Notes under the pieces: generated by a model
The model's input: the letters and a program-made list of their open reading frames with translations, nothing else
The model's database searches: none
What the model was told of the DNA's origin: nothing
IMG/VR virus record: IMGVR_UViG_3300038393_000710
Location: 1 to 37,500 of that record
DNA length: 37,500 nucleotides
Source: a virus
Lineage: Duplodnaviria; Caudoviricetes
Reading direction: 5' to 3' (one strand)
Shown here: in pieces, positions 34,641 through 37,500 of the stretch
Layout: each line of letters opens with the position of its first letter
How positions within the stretch are numbered: position 1 is the stretch's first letter
Translations under genes and position numbers: made by a program

Positions 34641-35411
34641 ATGTCTAGTCGCACTCAGGCGATCGCTGTCGTGGTGGCCGCCGTTGTCGTCGCCGCGGTG
34701 ATCGGTGCGTGGGCGCTGGTGGTCGAGCCGGCGCAGAGGCAAGCTGTCGCGGACCGTGCTGCAGCAGCGGCGTCGGCGTCCCCGACGCCAACCGTCACCA
34801 GTGACTCCTCGCCGACCCTGCATGCGGTTCCAGCCGGAGCGCCCGTGCTCATCGTCGGGGACTCCTACAGCGAGGGCCACGGCGCTGCGCCGTCGAAGGG
34901 CTACGCCGACACTCTCTCGTCCCGGATGAAGTGGTCTCCGCGCATCGAGGCCTTCGGCGGCACCGGCTACACCTGGGGCGGCGGCGTGGACGGCAATGCG
35001 GGCAAGGACTTCCTGACCCGACTCAACGCAGTCGCCAAGGACTCCTCCTACGCTCCCTCGCTCGTGGTGCTGCAGGGCAGCCAGAACGACTACAGGGCAG
35101 AGCCCGAGGACATCAAGGCGGCCGCGAAGAAGGTCGTCACGAGGGCCCGTGAAGCATGGCCAGACGCCCAGATTGTCCTCCTCGGCCCGGTCGCGCCCGA
35201 GCCCCTCGGCCACAATCTCGCCCCGATCAACGACGCCGTGGCGAAGGCCGCATTGGAGTCCAAGGTGCCATTCGTCGACGGCCTCGCGTGGTTCACACCT
35301 GAAAACTCGAAGCAGTACGCCCTCGAGGACGGCGCCCACCTGAACCAGGCCGGGCATGACTACCTCGCCGCCAAAACGCGTGAGGCGATCGGATCCCTCA
35401 TCGCGTCCTAG
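34641..35411 (+). CDS. Membrane-anchored extracytoplasmic SGNH/GDSL esterase (moron)
   Basis: N-terminal TM, Ser/Pro/Thr linker, blocks IVGDSYS, GGTGY, GSQND, DGAHLN. Confidence 0.88.
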   Translation: MSSRTQAIAVVVAAVVVAAVIGAWALVVEPAQRQAVADRAAAAASASPTPTVTSDSSPTLHAVPAGAPVLIVGDSYSEGHGAAPSKGYADTLSSRMKWSPRIEAFGGTGYTWGGGVDGNAGKDFLTRLNAVAKDSSYAPSLVVLQGSQNDYRAEPEDIKAAAKKVVTRAREAWPDAQIVLLGPVAPEPLGHNLAPINDAVAKAALESKVPFVDGLAWFTPENSKQYALEDGAHLNQAGHDYLAAKTREAIGSLIAS

Positions 35412-35420
35412 GAACAGGTC

Positions 35421-35452
35421 AACGCCCCCGCGCTGCGCAGCGCGGGGGCGTT
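35421..35452. terminator. Bidirectional terminator between the convergent SGNH genes
   Basis: AACGCCCCCGCGCTG-CG-CAGCGCGGGGGCGTT. Confidence 0.8.
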
Positions 35453-35456
35453 TCTG

Positions 35457-36917
35457 TCAGACGATGCCGGCCAGCTTGGCGAGGGTGTCCCCCGCGAGGG
35501 CGTAGCCGTCCGGGGTCGGGTGCAGTCCGTCCGAGCCGATGAGCGCGGAGAGGCCACGGGGGTCGTCCATGAACGCCTGGTAGACGTTCGCGAACGCCCA
35601 CCCCGAGCGGGCGGCGAGGGCGGAAAGCTCGAAGATGCGGGTGACGTGCTCGGGGCCGTACTGTCCCTCGTTGGCCCACGCGCTGGTGTGGGGGTTCTGC
35701 CCGATCACGGCGATGGCCGCGTCGGGGAGGCGTCCCTGTACCGCCTGCACCCACGACTGGTACGGGGGAACCCACTTGCTGCCTGTGCTCGTGGTCTCGT
35801 TGTGCCCGTCGTTGAAGATGGCGAGTACCTGCCCGTAGTCCGGGGTCTCCTTCTTCAACCGTGTCGGGTCGGTGTGGTACGACATGGCCGAGCCGGAGCG
35901 GGAGGCGTTGATGACGTAGAGGGTGTGGGCGCCGCCGTACGTGGTGGACGCATCACCGTAGCGCTCCCACTTATTGATCGAGCGTGGCACGACCGATGGG
36001 CCGTTCTCCCCGTCGCGGATGTCCACCTCGTAGAACTTCGCCCCGTTGAGCGGCGTCGAGACGGGCTGCCATCCGAACCCGCCGATCTCCACGAAGTGCC
36101 CCGTGGCAGGCGTCCACAGCGCCGCCTGGGATGCGTTCGCGCTGCTCTGGGTGGTGCCGAGCTGCGTCCACGCCACGCCGTCGGTCGACGTGTAGAAGCG
36201 CATCTCCCACCCCGAGGTGGGGGTGACGGTGAGGACGCACCGGACCCAGATCGGGTTACCTGTGGATGCCACAGTAGGCAGCAGCGCCGAGGAGGATCCC
36301 TGCGGGCCGAACGCCGACCCGCTCGTGGAGAACCTCAGCGCGAGCGCCCCCGTGGACAGGAGCCTGAGCTCCCACTGGAGGTCATTGCTGAGGGCGCCCG
36401 CGACGTCCTTGCGGCCCGACATGACGATGGTCGAGTCGCTGGCCGGGGAGAACGTCGAGAATGCGACCAGCGCCCGGATGTCCACCACGTTCCCGGAGGG
36501 CTGCAGCGCCGACGCTGCAGCCGGGACGTAGCGGAGCGAGCGCGTCGTGATCGCCGCGTACCGCCTGCCCGCCGGCTGGGACTGCATGACCACCCACGGG
36601 TCGAAGTCCTCAGTCGTGGCGTTCCACGACCGCATCATCACGTGGTGGTTCGGGTACTGCGCGGCGAGACGTCGGGCGAACCGGGCCGAGGTCCGGTCGT
36701 TCGCAGCGACGGACCCGTCGCTGTCTCCGGTGGAGTCGCCGAAGAACGAGAACGCCGCCGACCTACCAGCGGCCAGCTGTCGGGTCAGGCCGCCGAGCTG
36801 TGGGGCCGGTGTAGCCCTGGCCATCGCGGCTGTCACCTCCGGCGAAACGGCGATGGCGGCTCGAGCTCGCTGCGGAAGGTTCCCGTTGCTGTCGATGCCT
36901 ACGGGCTTGTACGCCAT
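35457..36917 (-). CDS. SGNH hydrolase with inserted beta-sandwich (ConA/LamG-like) domain; probable tail/receptor-binding protein
   Basis: FGDSTG, SRSGS, GHNE, DGLHP blocks; ~200-aa beta-rich insert (WVRCVL, FYTSTDGVAWTQLG); GGAG RBS before ATG 36917. Confidence 0.75.
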   Translation of the reverse strand: MAYKPVGIDSNGNLPQRARAAIAVSPEVTAAMARATPAPQLGGLTRQLAAGRSAAFSFFGDSTGDSDGSVAANDRTSARFARRLAAQYPNHHVMMRSWNATTEDFDPWVVMQSQPAGRRYAAITTRSLRYVPAAASALQPSGNVVDIRALVAFSTFSPASDSTIVMSGRKDVAGALSNDLQWELRLLSTGALALRFSTSGSAFGPQGSSSALLPTVASTGNPIWVRCVLTVTPTSGWEMRFYTSTDGVAWTQLGTTQSSANASQAALWTPATGHFVEIGGFGWQPVSTPLNGAKFYEVDIRDGENGPSVVPRSINKWERYGDASTTYGGAHTLYVINASRSGSAMSYHTDPTRLKKETPDYGQVLAIFNDGHNETTSTGSKWVPPYQSWVQAVQGRLPDAAIAVIGQNPHTSAWANEGQYGPEHVTRIFELSALAARSGWAFANVYQAFMDDPRGLSALIGSDGLHPTPDGYALAGDTLAKLAGIV

Positions 36918-36921
36918 GGTG

Positions 36922-37467
36922 TCATGCTCCAATCAGGAAGGTGCCGGGGTCGGTGCTGTCCTCGGCCAGCCCCGTGCCGTAGTTGAATGTGCCCGGGTCG
37001 TTCGGGTCCTCCACTAGGGGGATGCTGCCGGGGCCGATGGGTCCCCGGTCTCCCTTGTCGCCCTTCGCACCCTGGGGGATGGTGAAGGAGAACTTGCCGG
37101 TGCTCTGGTCGAGCGTGACGGCCGCGGGTGCGCCGACCGGTGCCGTGACTGTCTCGGCAACGTCGATGCCCTGCACGTACTCCTTCGCGGCGGTGGCTTC
37201 CTCGAGGAGCCCGACGCCGGACCATGCGGTGAGTGTGCCGCCGCCCTCCGCAACGAACTTCACGGCCGGAACGGGGCTGTCGAAGTCCGGGGTAATGGAC
37301 AGGTCAGAGGCCGTGAGCGGGTTGCTGATCGGCAGCCCGTTCAGATCAGTCAGCGCCAGCAGCGTCGTATTCCCCGTGTCGTTGGCGTCGTACACGGACA
37401 CCTTGCCGCCCGGGATGAGCCGCCCTGACTTGTCGATCACTAGCTGGGATTCGATTGGGTAGGCCAA
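36922..37467 (-). CDS. Tail-fibre-like protein with collagen-like G-X-Y repeat
   Basis: FTIPQGAKGDKGDRGPIGP; duplicated EDPNDPGTF/EDSTDPGTF; GAGGAG RBS; follows the holin across the junction. Confidence 0.7.
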   Translation of the reverse strand: MAYPIESQLVIDKSGRLIPGGKVSVYDANDTGNTTLLALTDLNGLPISNPLTASDLSITPDFDSPVPAVKFVAEGGGTLTAWSGVGLLEEATAAKEYVQGIDVAETVTAPVGAPAAVTLDQSTGKFSFTIPQGAKGDKGDRGPIGPGSIPLVEDPNDPGTFNYGTGLAEDSTDPGTFLIGA

Positions 37468-37500
37468 GACGGCTCCTCACATTCATGCCCCGGGCGTGCG
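37374..37500. repeat. Terminal direct repeat (copy of 1-127)
   Basis: Exact identity with bases 1-127. Confidence 0.95.

Overview
The window is an apparently complete, circularly permuted genome (~37,373 bp unique) of a temperate, high-GC actinobacterial siphophage. Bases 1-127 are repeated exactly at 37374-37500, consistent with assembly circularisation. The host is probably Micrococcaceae (Arthrobacter-like), inferred from the tRNA-Phe attP core and gene style. Almost all genes lie on the minus strand. Reading that strand from a putative cos site (~18010): terS, a terL split into ATPase and nuclease ORFs, portal, MuF/protease-like protein, scaffold, HK97 capsid, head-tail genes, major tail, -1 frameshifted tail chaperones, tape measure, Dit and minor tails, then a multi-gene lysis cassette with a two-part endolysin. 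Across the contig junction follow a collagen-like tail protein, an SGNH/lectin tail protein, a convergent membrane-anchored SGNH esterase moron, attP (3' half of tRNA-Phe) with arm sites, tyrosine integrase, a LexA-box-controlled 45-aa half-HTH ORF, the repressor/cro switch and excisionase. Next come recombination/replication genes (YqaJ exonuclease, SSB, small MTase, RepA-like initiator, NrdH, resolvase) and a structured non-coding region containing an initiator-type tRNA-Met. The genome ends with a metallophosphoesterase, a permuted papain-like enzyme and an HNH endonuclease. The most interesting candidates are (i) a putative SOS-controlled truncated-HTH antirepressor, (ii) a convergent pair of SGNH esterases (virion versus lysogen membrane), and (iii) the structured RNA/tRNA-fMet/phosphoesterase right end. 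All family calls come from motif recognition, not database searches.
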